From assembly GCF_009914755.1 (NCBI RefSeq), contig NC_060931.1: a stretch of DNA of 64,000 bases. One strand, 5' to 3'. The notes under the pieces were generated by a model that was given only the letters and a program-made list of their open reading frames with translations, made no database searches and was not told the DNA's origin. A program made the position numbers and the translations under genes. This DNA comes from the human T2T-CHM13v2.0 reference genome, Homo sapiens. Each line of letters opens with the position of its first letter. Positions within the stretch are counted from its first letter, which is position 1. Shown one piece after another: positions 1 to 13,188 of the stretch.

Positions 1-237
1 AAGAGAAGGGAGAGATTGAAGAGTGGAAAGGAGAAAGTGGTTGAGGGACAGTGAGAGAAGTTGGAGAAGAGAGTAAGAAGAGGCCGCTTCCCTGATTTAA
101 AATTGAAGAGATGTTCTTTGGGCTGGTCGGTCTGAGGACCTGAGGTCGTAGGTGGATCTTTCTCACGGAGCAAAGAACAGGAGGACAGGGTATTGATCTC
201 CCAAGGGAGGTCCCCCGATCCAAGTCACGGCACCAAA
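1..237 (-). mobile_element. HERV-H internal sequence (5' leader); provirus continues beyond the left edge
   Basis: Minus strand directly after the LTR7 end reads TTTGGTGCCGTGACTTGGATCGGGGGACCTCCCTTGGGAGATCAAT, the HERV-H leader, followed by its typical CT-rich tract. Confidence 0.95.
218..235 (-). promoter_or_regulatory. Primer-binding site for tRNA-His
   Basis: TGGTGCCGTGACTTGGAT matches the complement of the tRNA-His 3' end (TGGTGCCGTGACTCGGAT) at 17/18; the mismatch is a CpG transition. Lies 2 nt from the LTR end. Confidence 0.95.
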
Positions 238-690
238 TTTCATGCGTGTCCGTGTGAAGAGACCACCAAACAGACTTTGTGTGAGTAACATGGCTGTTTA
301 TTTCACCTGGGTGCAGGCGGGCTGAGTCTGAAAAGAGAGTCAGCGAAGGGAAATAAGGGTGGGGCCATTTTATAGGATTTGGGTAGGTAAAGGAAAATTA
401 CAGTCAAAGAGGGTTTGTTCTCTGGCGGGCAGGAATGGGGGTCACAAGGTGCTCAGTGGGGGTGCTTTTTGAGCCAGGATGAGCTAGGAAAAGGACTTTC
501 ACAAGGTAATGTCATCACTTAAGGCAAGGACCGGCCATTTACACTTCTTTTGTGGTGGAATGTCATCAGTTAAGGTGGGGCAGGGCATATTCACTTCTTT
601 GGTGATTCTTCAGTTACTTCAGGCCATCTGAGTGTATACGTGAAAGTCACAGGGGATGCGATGGCTTGGCTTGGGCTCAGAGGCCTGACA
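238..690 (-). mobile_element. LTR7 (HERV-H 5' LTR), LTR7up-like
   Basis: Minus strand starts TGTCAGGCCTCTGAGCCCAAGCCAAGCCATCGCATCCCC and ends CACACGGACACGCATGAAA. TATAAAA at 368-374, AATAAA at 297-302, 453 bp, adjacent PBS. Confidence 0.96.
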
Positions 691-974
691 CATACAGTTT
701 TGATTTTATCACATTTCTGCTACAATTGCAAAATAAAGAAACTAGTGGGCCAGTCAATTATCAGTAAAAAATAGGTATTTGATTTTTAAAGGCAAATTGA
801 ACTAATTTTTATGATGTGAAACGGCTTGAAAGTGGAAAAATATTATTTTAATATCAAAATATATTATAATTAGGTCAAACAGATAATATGTTAACAAAAT
901 AATTCTGAACTCTAGAGGATGATCAGAATTGAAGGGAAGGTCTCTACAAAGTCCTGTAAGTCAGAATTATGGAT

Positions 975-1104
975 AAACTTGCAACCCAATTAAGTTGGGA
1001 CAGTCTCATTTTATTCCTAGTGTCCTGATGTTATTATTAATAGCACTCCCTTTTACTCTCTAAGTATTCTTTTTTAGCTGATAATAAATTATATAGCCAC
1101 TATA
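975..1104 (-). mobile_element. MER81-like hAT DNA transposon fossil
   Basis: GGGACAGTC...TATTAATAGCACTCCCTTTTACTCTC...ATAAATTATATAGCCAC resembles the recalled MER81 consensus. Confidence 0.6.
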
Positions 1105-1571
1105 TTCTCAATCATAATTAGTAAAGATAAGCCAAAGGAGTGTACCTTCAACTGGCCATGAGAGCAATAGGTCTTCACTATCTTGCCTCAAGATTATGTC
1201 ACCTCCCCTCTCTTCCTCATATCCCAGAGCAAATACAAATGCTTGATATCCCAGAAAATTATGTAATTCCCTTAAATGGATAGAATTATGCTAACTACTT
1301 CTGATGAGTAAGAAGTTGTATGTCCCTAGATGCTTTTATAAGAAGTACAAATGCTATATGGAGAGACATAAGCACCAATAGCAAACTCATAACCTGCCAC
1401 GTTGGTGGTATCTTGGAATTCAGTTGTCTAGGAAATGTTGAGATATTCCTTGTGATATGAAATACAAGTTTCTGCACCTTCATTCTATCATCGTGAAAAA
1501 TAATTACACAATCTTAGTATGCCTCTTTGGATGTTGGAGGTAATATTTGTCACATTTGAGGATGAATTTCT
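1105..1571 (+). pseudogene. Fossil ERVL-class pol, reverse-transcriptase part
   Basis: Manual translation gives VFTILPQDYVTSP at 1171 (LPQG motif), *MDRIMLTTSDE*EV at 1273 (decayed YIDDIML..SEQEV), YLGIQLSRKC*DIPCDMKYKFLHL at 1409 and LVCLFGCWR*YLSHL. These are colinear with HERV-L-type RT. Confidence 0.85.
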
Positions 1572-2212
1572 TTTTTTTAAAGAGAAAAGCAAGCCATTTA
1601 TTTTTTTTTCTTTATTTCTTCTTAAAAGAAAAGGATACATGTGCAGAACGTGCAGGTTTGTTACACAGATATACGTGTGCCATGGTGGTTTGCTACACCT
1701 ATTGACCTATTCTCTAAGTTCTCTCTCATCAACCCTCACCCACCAACAGGTCCTGGTGTGTGCTGTTCCCCTCCCTGTGTCCATGTGTTCTCAATGTTCA
1801 ACTCCCACTTATGAGTGAGAACATGCGGTCTTTGGTTTTCTGTTCCTTTGTTAGTTTGCTGGGGATGATGGCTTCCAGCTTCATCCATGTACTTGCAAAA
1901 GACATGATGTCATTGTTTTTATGGCTGCATAGTATTCCATGGTGTATATGGGCCAAATTTTGTTTATCCAGTCTATCATTGGTGGGCATTTCGGTTGGTT
2001 CCATGTCTTTGATGTTGTAAATAGTGCTGCAATAAACATACGTGTGCATGTGTCTTTATAGTAGAATGATTTATATTCCTTTGGATATATATCCAGTAAT
2101 GGGATTGCTGGGTCATATGGTATTTCTGGTTCTAGATCCTTGAGGTATCGCCACTCTGTCTTCCACAATGATTGAACCAATTTACATTCCCGCCAACTGT
2201 GTAAAAGAGTTC
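1572..2212 (-). mobile_element. 5'-truncated L1PA (L1PA8-like) 3' end with 16-bp TSD
   Basis: L1 3' UTR and ORF2 C-terminus (ORF 1881..2249: CTRMFIAALFT..WNQPKCP). Perfect TSD TTGAGGATGAATTTCT at 1556-1571 and 2213-2228. Confidence 0.93.
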
Positions 2213-2228
2213 TTGAGGATGAATTTCT

Positions 2229-2830
2229 AATCAGTTTATTGAGTAACATGACAGACTATTTGAGAAGGGCTCAGAGGAAAAGAAGCTCTCCTGCAGATCC
2301 ATACGTTGGTATAAACAACGCTGCCAGTTGGCCATAATGACCCAGTATACTCAGTGTTGCTTATGGTGTGTGTAGCAAGCAGTCAGTGGTGCTTATGGCA
2401 TATCTGCCAAGTCTTAATTAGACAAACACTTGGGAACCACTAGGATTTTAGAGCAAAGTGGAGCCCTCTTCTGCTACAAATTATTGTCCAATTGAGAGGC
2501 AGCTTTAAGCTCACTACTTGATAGAAACTAAATGTATATGAAACAAAATGTAGGTATGTGATCTGATCTTCCTGTCATGAACAGAATGATATTTAAACCA
2601 AATCACCAAATCTAAAGTGGGTTGTGTTCAGCAGAATTTTGTCACTAAATGGTATTTATAATACTGGCCAAAAACAGTTTTAGAATGCAAAAGTAAATTG
2701 TATGCCTGCATGATTTACAGTACCATTGTGCACACTGCTTTTGCTTTGGTGCCTTTTCCTCAAAACACAGCAATAGATAATGAGAAGTAAAAATACAGGA
2801 CTGGTTTTTTAATGCTTCTTCATAATATCC
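2229..2830 (+). pseudogene. Fossil ERVL pol continued (connection/RNase H region)
   Basis: PLGF*SKVEPSSATNYCPIERQL*AHY at 2437 matches ERVL PLGFWSKALPSSADNYSPFEKQLLACY. Later SKVGCVQQNFVTKW and IQDWFFNAS (AWFTDGS-like). Confidence 0.85.
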
Positions 2831-2859
2831 TAAACTAGCTGTGAGTTAGGTACTCTCAT

Positions 2860-3090
2860 CGCTCACTCCTGCTATGTAATCCTGCCTCTAGATGGTTCCA
2901 GTTCTCAATGATTTATGATAACTGTGTATCTTCTCCTTGTTCATTCACCCAGTGAGTATCAACAGCTTTTACCATCCCTCATTTGTCTGTGCATCCTCAC
3001 CACACCTTTCTAAGCAGCCATTTTTCCAAAGTTTTTTGATCTTAACCATTTGGGTGAGTTGTGTTTTCTGCCCTCACTGATGCTGATCCA
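2860..3090 (+). mobile_element. ERVL LTR 3' part (LTR33-like)
   Basis: ACCATCCCTC...CCACACCTTT...AACCATTTGGGTGAG...TTCTGCC...CTGATCCA resembles the LTR33 3' end, and it follows the ERVL pol fossil. Confidence 0.5.
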
Positions 3091-4016
3091 AATACATTCC
3101 CAATTTATGTTACACAAAAAATCATGCATATTTTCTTTTAATTCTCACTGAACTTAACATAATGCCTGGCTTATGGCAAAAATAAATAAATAAATAAATA
3201 AAGTAAATGAGTGAATGAATGAATGAGTTTATTAAGATTATCTAATATAATTGAGAGATGTTATTTTGCTATATGACTAGGAACATGCATAGTGAGATAT
3301 GCTATTTCAAGAGATTATTAAAATTCCTCATAGAAATAGCCCTTAGCAATAAGGAAAAACCAGATAATTGGTATATTAGCAATCACAAATTACTAAGTTA
3401 TTTGTATGGTGATGGCCAAAGTAAAAGCAAAATTTTGGGATATTTGATGCTCTAAGAAACATGAGAGAGGAAATAATCAGTGCATTTTAAATACCCTCCA
3501 TTAATATAACTATCTCTTCAATATATGAGGAATGGAAGATATATAACAAGGTCAATTTGTAAGTTATCACTGAAACTAAATTGCCCAATACAATATCAAC
3601 TACAATATTAATTGTAGAATGAAGACTAATATGTAGGTATTTTTATTATTCTGTGCCATTTCCAAAAAATAAACTGAGGCTATTTGATACACGTAGCTCA
3701 TTCACTTTGTAAAATATTAACTAATTGCATCAAAAACAATTGCTACATAATAAAATGCATAGGTAAGTGAAAAATGTATATAGATTCCTCCATTATGTAA
3801 AAAAGAGTATGGAAGAGAGAAGTTGAACCCAAATTGAGCATACATCTGAAAATAATGGCAAAGGCACCAATCAGGCCAGACACGTATCTCTGCATTATTT
3901 TCTGTCCTACAGCTTTACTCTGGGACTCTGAAAATCGCAGCATAGTTTTAATTATGAAGAAATATTACTCTGTTTTATAGTAGTACATAACACAAGGTAT
4001 AGATATTTTGTATGAA

Positions 4017-4245
4017 GGCTGAGCACAGTGTCTCATGCCTGCAATCCCAACACTTTGAGAGGCCAGACCAAGAGGATTGTTTGAGCTCAAGAGTACAAAA
4101 CTAACCTGGGAAACACAGTGAGACCAAAAAGTGAAGCTAGCTGGGCATGACAACACACAGCTGTGGTCTCAGCTACTTAGGAGACTGAGATGGGAGGAGG
4201 ACTTGAGCTGGGGAGTGAGCTATCATCATGCCACTGCACTCCAGC
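4017..4245 (+). mobile_element. Degenerate AluJ
   Basis: GGCTGAGCACAGTGTCTCATGCCTGCAATCCCAACACTTTG...CCACTGCACTCCAGC, with internal deletions. Confidence 0.85.
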
Positions 4246-5212
4246 TAAGAAGGGGGAATCTATTGGGCTTATTATTTCAGAGATAGTGGGGAGAATTTGG
4301 ATTTCTGACTCAACTAATAGTTACATAAACTATCAGTAGTTACGTCTGATCTCTGTCATGATCTAAAACTGATCTTATTAGTACGGTTACAGTTATATTA
4401 TGTAAATGAATTGATTTTACATTTTAATAATTATCCATATTTGAAGTTAAAACAATTTAAAATATTCCAAAAAAATCTGTGATATTTAAAGTGTAACAAT
4501 GTACTCCATTGTGATTACATTTCTTCTCAAATTTTTATTATCCTCTCCTTTCTGATACCTTTAAAATCATAGAAATAGTTTAGAATTTATGCAGTTGTCT
4601 GTCTGAGATGTCTGAGATACTATTAAGCATAATGCTTTGCCTGTGATGTTTTCAATTTTAGACTATTATGTTCAGCTGGGTGTATACAATTTATGATTTT
4701 TATGGTAGTTACATATATATTCATGTAGTATGCATTATAAGAAAAGCAAGGAATAAAACTATAGTATCATATAATTACTATCACCACTTCACTAGAATTA
4801 GCCTAATGCAAAGGATTTATGCCCAAAATAAAAATGAATGTGGGATGGATAGATTGAGTATTCTTAATTATATCTAGACTATATTCATTTGTTCATTTAA
4901 AAAACCCTTTAAAATCCCATTGTATTTCATTTCCCTACATTTAAAAGTTGACTTAAAATGGAAAATATTGGCCATATAGCTATCAATGGCAGATAGATTT
5001 TAGTTATGATAGAAGCATTATTTAATATATCATTGTAATATCTTCTATTAAAATTAAGAGTTTCTAAATAACCTGTTGGCATATATTTTCAGGAATCATT
5101 CTATCAGTGGGTAAAAGGAGTGACAAAAATAACACTGTAGTAATGACTTGCAGATCATTCCTGAAATGTTTCCAATATTTCAGCCAATTTTTTAAAAACC
5201 CTTCTATAGAAA

Positions 5213-8200
5213 ATGTTTTTGCAACATAACCAACTAGGGACATCAGATTCCTGTTCTCCTCAGAAAAAAAGCTCAAAGTTACTGGTGACTGGACAAGTTT
5301 CAAATGGAAAATGGAGGAAGGAGAGCCATAACGTGTCAGAGTCCCCACAGGGAAAAACTGGGGTGCAGAAAATAAAGAAGCAAGAGTTTGGAACTTGGGG
5401 CCACATGGAAAGTGTAGGTAGGACTGCTTCTCTGCTCCCATCGCCCTTCTGACAATCTGCTGATTGCTAACTTGTTGGGGAGCCCCTCTGCTCCTGTAAA
5501 CCAGGGAAGCACATTCAATGACAATTTGGAAACTTCTTGAGGAAAGAGAACCAGGTGGTCAACTCTTGCACGCATGCCCACACTCTCAAGACCTGAACTG
5601 GAACAGTGATCACCATACTGGTGTTGCACCTGTGGTAGGACACTGCCCTACCCAGGAATTATCTGCTCTTGAGTTACCACGCCACCAGATCCCCCACAAA
5701 CATACCTCATAAGTGATATGACTGGAGAGCACAGGGGGCCAATGAGTCCTCAGGGAGCTACGGGACTACTGCAGATATAACACTCAGCTTGGGCAATGCT
5801 TAAGGAATAGAGGAGCGCAGCCAGCCAAAGCCCTCCATGGATCAAAAGAAACATTCTGCAGTGCCAGTCGCTTAAGGGGACATCATTGATGCCTGGGAAT
5901 GGATGTGGAGAAGGGGTCATCTCCTGGCACTCCCACGTCTGTCAACTGCTGCGGACACGGCAGTGGTTCTTCCCAGTGGACAGCAATGAGTGTGCTCTTA
6001 GAGAAAGCATTTTTCATGCTTTTCACAGTGGCTCCACCTCTCCCAAAAGTGAGCCTGCACTGCTTGGGCTTACATGAAGGGCAGGGTCCAACTCCCTCTC
6101 CCTACACAGAGTGGCAGCATCCTGGTAACAGAGGACAGACAAATCATGGATTTTCCTACTCTGGACCGGGAGAAAAGGTCCTGCCCTGAGCCCGTTTTGG
6201 TGGTAGCCATTAGAGGGGTGTATCCACAGCCTGTAGCAACATTGTAGCTGACAACTAATGGACAAAGGCTTTATTAACTAATGGTCATGAATGCTGTGAC
6301 AGAAGTGTGATAGGGAAGTAGATAGCATTCCTGCTGAATCAGGACAAGGAGCTGCTGTACCCTCCCTGCTCCTTTTCCTGAGACCTCAGTGCACCCCAAC
6401 ATCATCCAACCTGAGGGTGAGTTGGCACTCACTCTTAAGCATTATCTACTGGACTGCAGCCTGAACTACACCACCAAATAAAAACCCTGCTGCTAGAAAG
6501 GCTTAGTGCTGGTTCACAAGATAAGCTTCCTGAGATCCCCACATCCTCAGCCCCGCAGGAGAAAGTGTGTCAGCTCAGACATTCGATACACCACTATAAT
6601 GAGGACCATCTGAAAAAGCCACTACTCAGAAGCCATTTACAACCAGGGAACCCATGCAGAGCCTGGCTCCCTGAAAGCAGCTAGAAACAAAGCCAAACAA
6701 TTATACAAAGCATGCGTGACAGTTATCCTCTTAAGGGAAAAATGATTTTTAAAAAGTCTCATCCAAATAATAGCTAATTCAAAAAATAAGAAACAATAGC
6801 TCCCTCAGATGAGAAAGAATCAGTGCAAGAATTTCAGCAGTACAAAATGCCAGAGTCTTGACACCTCTAAAGAATGACACTAGCTCTCTTGCAATGGATC
6901 CTAGCCAAATTGAAAAGTCTGAAATAAGAGATAAAGAATTCAAATTATGGGCTGCAAGGAAACTTAACAAGATCCAAGAGAACATTGAAATGCAGTACAA
7001 AAAAAAAAAAAAAACCAGGAAAATTGTTAAGGTTATGGAAGACAAGATAGCTGTATTTAGAAAAAAAAAAATAGAATTTTGGGAATTGAAATTCACTAGT
7101 GAATTTTGAAATATAGTTGTAAACTTTAACAACAGATTAGATCAAGAAGAAGAAAGAATTTCAGAGCTTGAAGACTAGTCTTTTGAACTGACCCAATCCA
7201 ACAAAAATAAAGAAAAAAGAATTGAAAAAAAAAATGAACAAAGCCTTTAAGGGATTATGTAAAGCAGACAAATTTATGACTTATTGGCATTCCTGAAAGA
7301 TAAGATGGAGTAAGCGATTTAAAAAAATATATTTGAGGGAATAATTCAGAAAAAATATTTCCTAATCTTGCTAGAGAGTTTGACATTCAGATACAAGAGA
7401 TTCAGAGAACATCTGCAAAATACTACACAAGATGACCATCTTCAAGGCATGCAGTCATCAGACTACACAAGGTCAATGCAAAAAAATTCTTAACAGCAGC
7501 TAGAGAACAGGCACAACTTTTCCTATAAAGGAAATCTAGCCAGACAAACATCAGACTTCTCAGCAGAAACCTTAAAAACCAGAAGACATTGGGGTCTGAT
7601 TTTTAGCCTTATTAAATAAAAACAATGACAGCCAAGAATTTCATATCCTCCTAAACTAAGCTTCATAAGTGAAGGAGAAGTAAAGTATTTCCCAAACACC
7701 CAACTGTTAAGAAATTTCATCAACCGATCAGTCCTATAAGAAATGCTCAAAGGATTTGTAAACATGAAAATTAAAGAGTAATATTTGCTACCATAAAAGC
7801 ACACATAAGTACAAAGCTCACAGATTCCATAAAACAATTACACAATTGAGACTACAAATAGCTAATAAAACTATGGCAGAAGAACACATTACATATCAAT
7901 ATTAACCTTGAACATAAATGGCCAAAATGCTCACTTAAAGCATAGAGTGATAAATTGGGTAGCAAAAATAAGGCCCAACCTTCTGACGTCTTCAAGATTG
8001 ATCACACATGTAATGACACCCATAGGCTCAACGTAAAGGGATGGAGAAAGATTTACTATGCAAATGGAAAACAAAAAAGAACAAGGTTTGCTGTTCTTGT
8101 ATCAGATAAAACGGACTTTAAACCAACAAAAGTAAAAAGAGATAAAGAAGGGCATTATGTAATAATAAAGCGTTCAATTCAGCAAGAAGATTTAACTATC

Positions 8201-11200
8201 TTAAAATATATATGCACTCAACATTGGAGCACCCAGATTTATAAAACAAATACTACTAGACCTATAAAAGAGGTAGACAAACACACAATAATAGTGGGGA
8301 CTTAAACAATCCACTGACAACACTAGACAGATCATTGAGGCAGAAAACAAAGAAACTCTAGACTTAAACTGGACTCTTGACCAAATGTCTCTCATACTCA
8401 TCTATGGAATACTTCATCAAACAACCATAATATATATATTTTCTCATCCGTGCACAGAACATTCTCTAAAATTGGTCTCATACTTTGTCATAAAGCAAGT
8501 GTTAATGAATTCAAAAAATAACAATAAAATTCCTATTAGGCATCTTCTCAGACTACAGTGTAAGGAAATTAGAAATCAATCACAAGAGGTACTCTCAAAA
8601 CCACAGAAGTAGATGGAAACTAAACAACTTGCTCCAGAATGACTTTTGCATAAACAACAAAATGAAGGTGAAAAAAAATTTAGAAACAAATGAAAGTAGG
8701 GACCCAACATAAAAAAACCTTTGGCATATAACAAAAGCAATGTTGAGAGGAAAGTGTATAGCACTAAAAGTCTACACTGGAAAAATAGAAAGATCTCAAA
8801 TTAACAAACTAATGTCACACAAACAAAACTGATAGATGGCTAACCAGACTAACCAAGAAAAAAAGAGAGATAATTTAAATAAGTAAAATCAGAAATGACA
8901 AAGGTGATATTAAAACTGGTAACACAGAAATACAAAATATCCTCAGAGAACACTCTGAACATCTCTCCACATAAACTAGAAAACATAGAGGAAATTCATA
9001 AATCCCTGAAAACATAAACCACCTGTCAATATTGAACCAGGAAGAAATGGAAAGTCTGAACATACCAATAATTAATAATGAAATTGGATCAGTAATAAAA
9101 ATCTTTTAACCAAAAAAAGGCTGTAACCAGATGAATTCACAGCTGAGTCCTACCAGATATACAAAGTATTGCTGGTACCAATCTTCCTGAAACCATTATA
9201 AAAAATTGAAGAGAAGGAATTGCTTACTAACTTATTTTATGAAACCAGTATCACCCCGATACCAAAATCTGGTATGAATACAATAAAAAATGATAACTGC
9301 AGGCAATTATCCCTGATGGATATAAATGCAAATATCCTTAACAAAATACTAGCAAACCAAATCTGGTAGCGTTAAAAAAAGTTAATTTACCACGATCAAG
9401 TAGGCTTTATTCCTGGGATGCATGGGTGGTTCAACATACACAAAGCAATAAATGTGATTCACCACATAAACAGAATTAAAAGCAAAAACAATATGAACAT
9501 CTCAATAGATGCAGAAAAAGGTCTTGATAAAATTCAACATGGCATCATGATAAGAACACCCAACAAACTAGGCATTGAAGAACATATCTCAAAATAACGA
9601 GAGCCATACATGACAAGCCCACAGTTCACATCATACTGAATGGGCAAAGTTGAAAGCGTTTTCCGTAAGAACTGGAAGAAGACAAGGATGTCTGCTCTTA
9701 GCACTCATATTCAGTGTAGTACTGGAAATCCTAACCAGGTAATCAGGCAAGAGAAAAACATAAAAAGGCATTCAAATAAGAAAAGAGAAAGCCAAATTAT
9801 CTCTGTTCACTGATTATATGGTTTTAAACCTAGTAAACCCCAAAGAATCCTCTAATGGCTCCTAGACCTGATAAAAAAAACTTTATTAAAGTTTCAGGAT
9901 ATCTAATGAATACACAAAAATAAGTGGCATTTCTATACACCAATAACATTCAAGCTGAAAACCAAATCAATATGTTAATCCCATTCACAATAGCCAAAAG
10001 ATAAAAATAAAATAAAATAAAATACCTAGGAATACATTTAACCATGTAAGTGAAAGATCTCTACAAGGAAAACTGAAAACATTGCTGAAAAAAATTATAG
10101 GTGGCATACAGAAATAGCAAAAACATCCTATGATGATGAATTGGAAAAATCAATATTGTTAAAATAACCATACTGCCCAAAGCAATCCACAGATTCAACA
10201 ATTCCTGTTAAATCACCAATGTTATTTTTTCACAGAATTAGAAAAATCAATTATAAAATTAATATGCAAACAAAAGAGAACCTGAATAGCCCAAACAATT
10301 CTAAGCAAAAGTAATAAACCTACAGTCATCACATTATCTGGCTTTAAATTATACTTCAAGGATACAGTAACCAAAATAACATAATATTGGTACAAAAATA
10401 GACACATAGACCAATAGCATAGAATACAGAACTCAGAAATATTAATAGAACCACACACCTACAACCAACTGAGCTTTCACAACTTCAACAAAAATAAACA
10501 ACAATGAAAGGACACCATATTTAATGAATGGTGCTGGGAAAACTAGATAACCATATACAGAAGAATGAAGCTAGATCCTTACCTCTTACCATGTACTAAA
10601 AACAGCTCAAGTTGAATTAAATACTTATATGTGAGATCTCAAACTATACAAGTCCTAGAAGAAAATCTAGAAAAAAAAAATCTTCTGAGCATTGGCTTAG
10701 ACAAAGAATTTATTAGTAAGTTCTAAAAAGCAAAAGCCACAAAATCAGAAAGTGACAAATGGGAGTTAATTAAACTAAAGAACTTCTGCTCAGCAAAAGA
10801 ACCAAGAAAAACAGTTAACAGATGGCCTACAGAATGGGTGAAAATATTTACAAACTATGCATTCAACAAAGGTCTAATGCCCAGAATCTCTAAGAAACTT
10901 AAAGAAATCAACAAGCAAAAAACAAGCAACCCCATTGTATTAGTCTTTTTTTGCACTGCTATAAAGAACTGCCTGAGATTGTGTAATTTATAAAGAAAAG
11001 AGGCTTAATTGGCTTATGGTTTTGTGGATTGTATAGGCTTCTGCTTCTCAGGAAGCCTCAGGAAACTTACAATCATGGTGAAAGGCCAAGGGGAAGCTGG
11101 AACATCTTGACATGGCTGGCAGGAGAGAGAGCAAAGAGGGAGGTGCTACACACTTTCAAACAACTAGATCTCTTGAGAGCTCTATCATGAGACAGCACTA

Positions 11201-12195
11201 AGGGGATGATACTAAACTATTAGAAAACATAACCGTGATCCAATCAACTTCCACCAGGTCCCACCTCCAACACTTGGGATCACAACTCAACATGAGATTT
11301 GGGTGGGGAAACAGAGCCAAATTATATTGTATCACCCATTAAAAAGTGGACAAAGGACATGAGCAGACACTTTAAAAGAAGACATAAAAGTGGCCAAGAA
11401 GCATATAAAAATTTTTCAACCTCACTAATCATTAGAGAAATACAAATCAAAACTACCACGAGATACCATCTCACACGAGTCAGAATGGCTATTATTACAA
11501 AGTCAAAAAATAAAAGACATTGGTAAGGTTTTGGAGAAAAGGGAATGCTTATACACTGCTGGTGGGAATGTAAATTAGTTTGCCACTGTGAAAAGCAGTT
11601 TGGCAATTTCTTAAAGAACTCAAAGCAGAATTACCATTTGATCCAGCAATCCTATTGTTGGGTATATACACAAGGGAATAAAAATCATTCTACCATAAAG
11701 ACACATGCACATATAAGCTCACTGCAGCGCAGTATTCATAATAACAAAATCATTGAGTCAACCTAAATACCCACCAACAGTAGACTGGATAAGAATATGT
11801 GGTACATATACATTATGCAATACTACGCAGTCATAAAGAAGAACAAGATCACATCCTTTCCAGCAACATGGGTGGAGCTGGAGACCATTAACCTAAGTGA
11901 ACTAACACAGGATCAGAAAACCAAATACCGCATGTTCTCTTTTATATGGGAACTAAACATTGAGTACATAGGGACACAAAGAAGGGAACAGCAGACACTG
12001 GGTCCTACTTGAAGGTGGAGGGAGAAAAGAGGCTAAGGATCAAAAAACTACCCATGAGGTACGATGTTATTGCGTGGGTGGTGAAATAATCTGTATACCA
12101 AACCCCTGTGGCACAAAATGTATCTATATTACAAACCTGCACGTGAACCCCTGAACCTAAAATAAAAGTTAAAACAAATTAAATTAAATTAAAAT
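5213..12195 (+). mobile_element. Near full-length old LINE-1 (L1PA15/16-like), inactive
   Basis: 5' UTR ~5213-6750, ORF1 remnants (6858..7109), ORF2 EN remnant (7955..8305 ..NDTHRLNVKGWRKIYYANGKQK), RT region, 3' UTR ending CCCCTGAACCTAAAATAAAAGTT plus A-rich tail. Many stops. Confidence 0.9.
10936..11334 (-). mobile_element. MSTA-type MaLR solo LTR nested in L1
   Basis: TG...CA termini, MST/THE1 sequence, 5-bp TSD CCCAT at 10931-10935 and 11335-11339. Confidence 0.9.
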
Positions 12196-13188
12196 CGAAA
12201 TGGGCTAGCAGACATTTCTGACCCGAATAGACGTTTCTCAAAAGAAGGCATACCAATGGCCAACAGGTTGATGAAAAAATGCCCAATTTTGCTAATCATC
12301 AGGGAATTGCAAATTAAAACTACAATGACATATTAATTCACACCTGTCACAATAGCTATTATTAAAACCACAAGAGAAATTTTGATGGAGATGCAGAGAA
12401 AAGGGAATACTTATGTACACTGTTGCTAGGAATGTAGAACCATTATGGAAAACGATATGGACGTTCCTCCAAAAATTTAAAATAGAACTACCATCTGATC
12501 CAGCAATCGCAGTACTTGGTGTACGTCCAAAAAAAATGTAAATCAGTACCTCAAAGAGATATCTGCACTTTCATATTCATTGTAGCATGAATGAATAGCC
12601 AAGACATGGAAGCAACCAAAGTGTCTAATAATGGATGGATGGATAAAGAATATGTGGTATAAATAAACAATGGAATACTAGTCAGTCATAAAGAAAAAGG
12701 AACTGCTGTCATTTGAGACAACATGGATGAACCTGGGGGAGATTATATTAAATGAAATAAGCCAGTCAAAGAAATAAAAATACCACATCGTCTCACTCAT
12801 ATGGAATCTAAAAAATTGAACTCATAGCAGTAGAGAGTAGAATGGTGGTTACAAGAGGCTCGAATAGGGGGACTGGGGAGACGCTGATCAAAGGATGCCA
12901 AATTTCAGTTAGATAGAATAAGTTCGAGAGATCTATTGTATAACATAGTGACTATAGTTGATAAAAATAGATTGCTTTCTTGACAAATACTAGGAAAGCA
13001 GATTTTAAGTCTTCTTACTACAAAAAAAAATGATAGCTTTGTGATATATCTCATATGTTAATGAGAAAGATTTAACCATTCTACAGTGCATATATATTTC
13101 AAACATCATGTTGTACATGATAAATACAAATTTATCCATTAATTTAAACAAAAATCTAAAAATAAAAATAATTTTAAAAACAAACAAC
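12196..13188 (+). mobile_element. L1MA (L1MA5-8-like) 3' kilobase
   Basis: ORF2 C-terminal remnants and L1MA 3' UTR (GAGAGTAGAATGGTGGTTAC; AGATCTATTGTATAACATAGTGACTATAG; ACATCATGTTGTACATGATAAATAC), A-rich tail. Confidence 0.85.
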
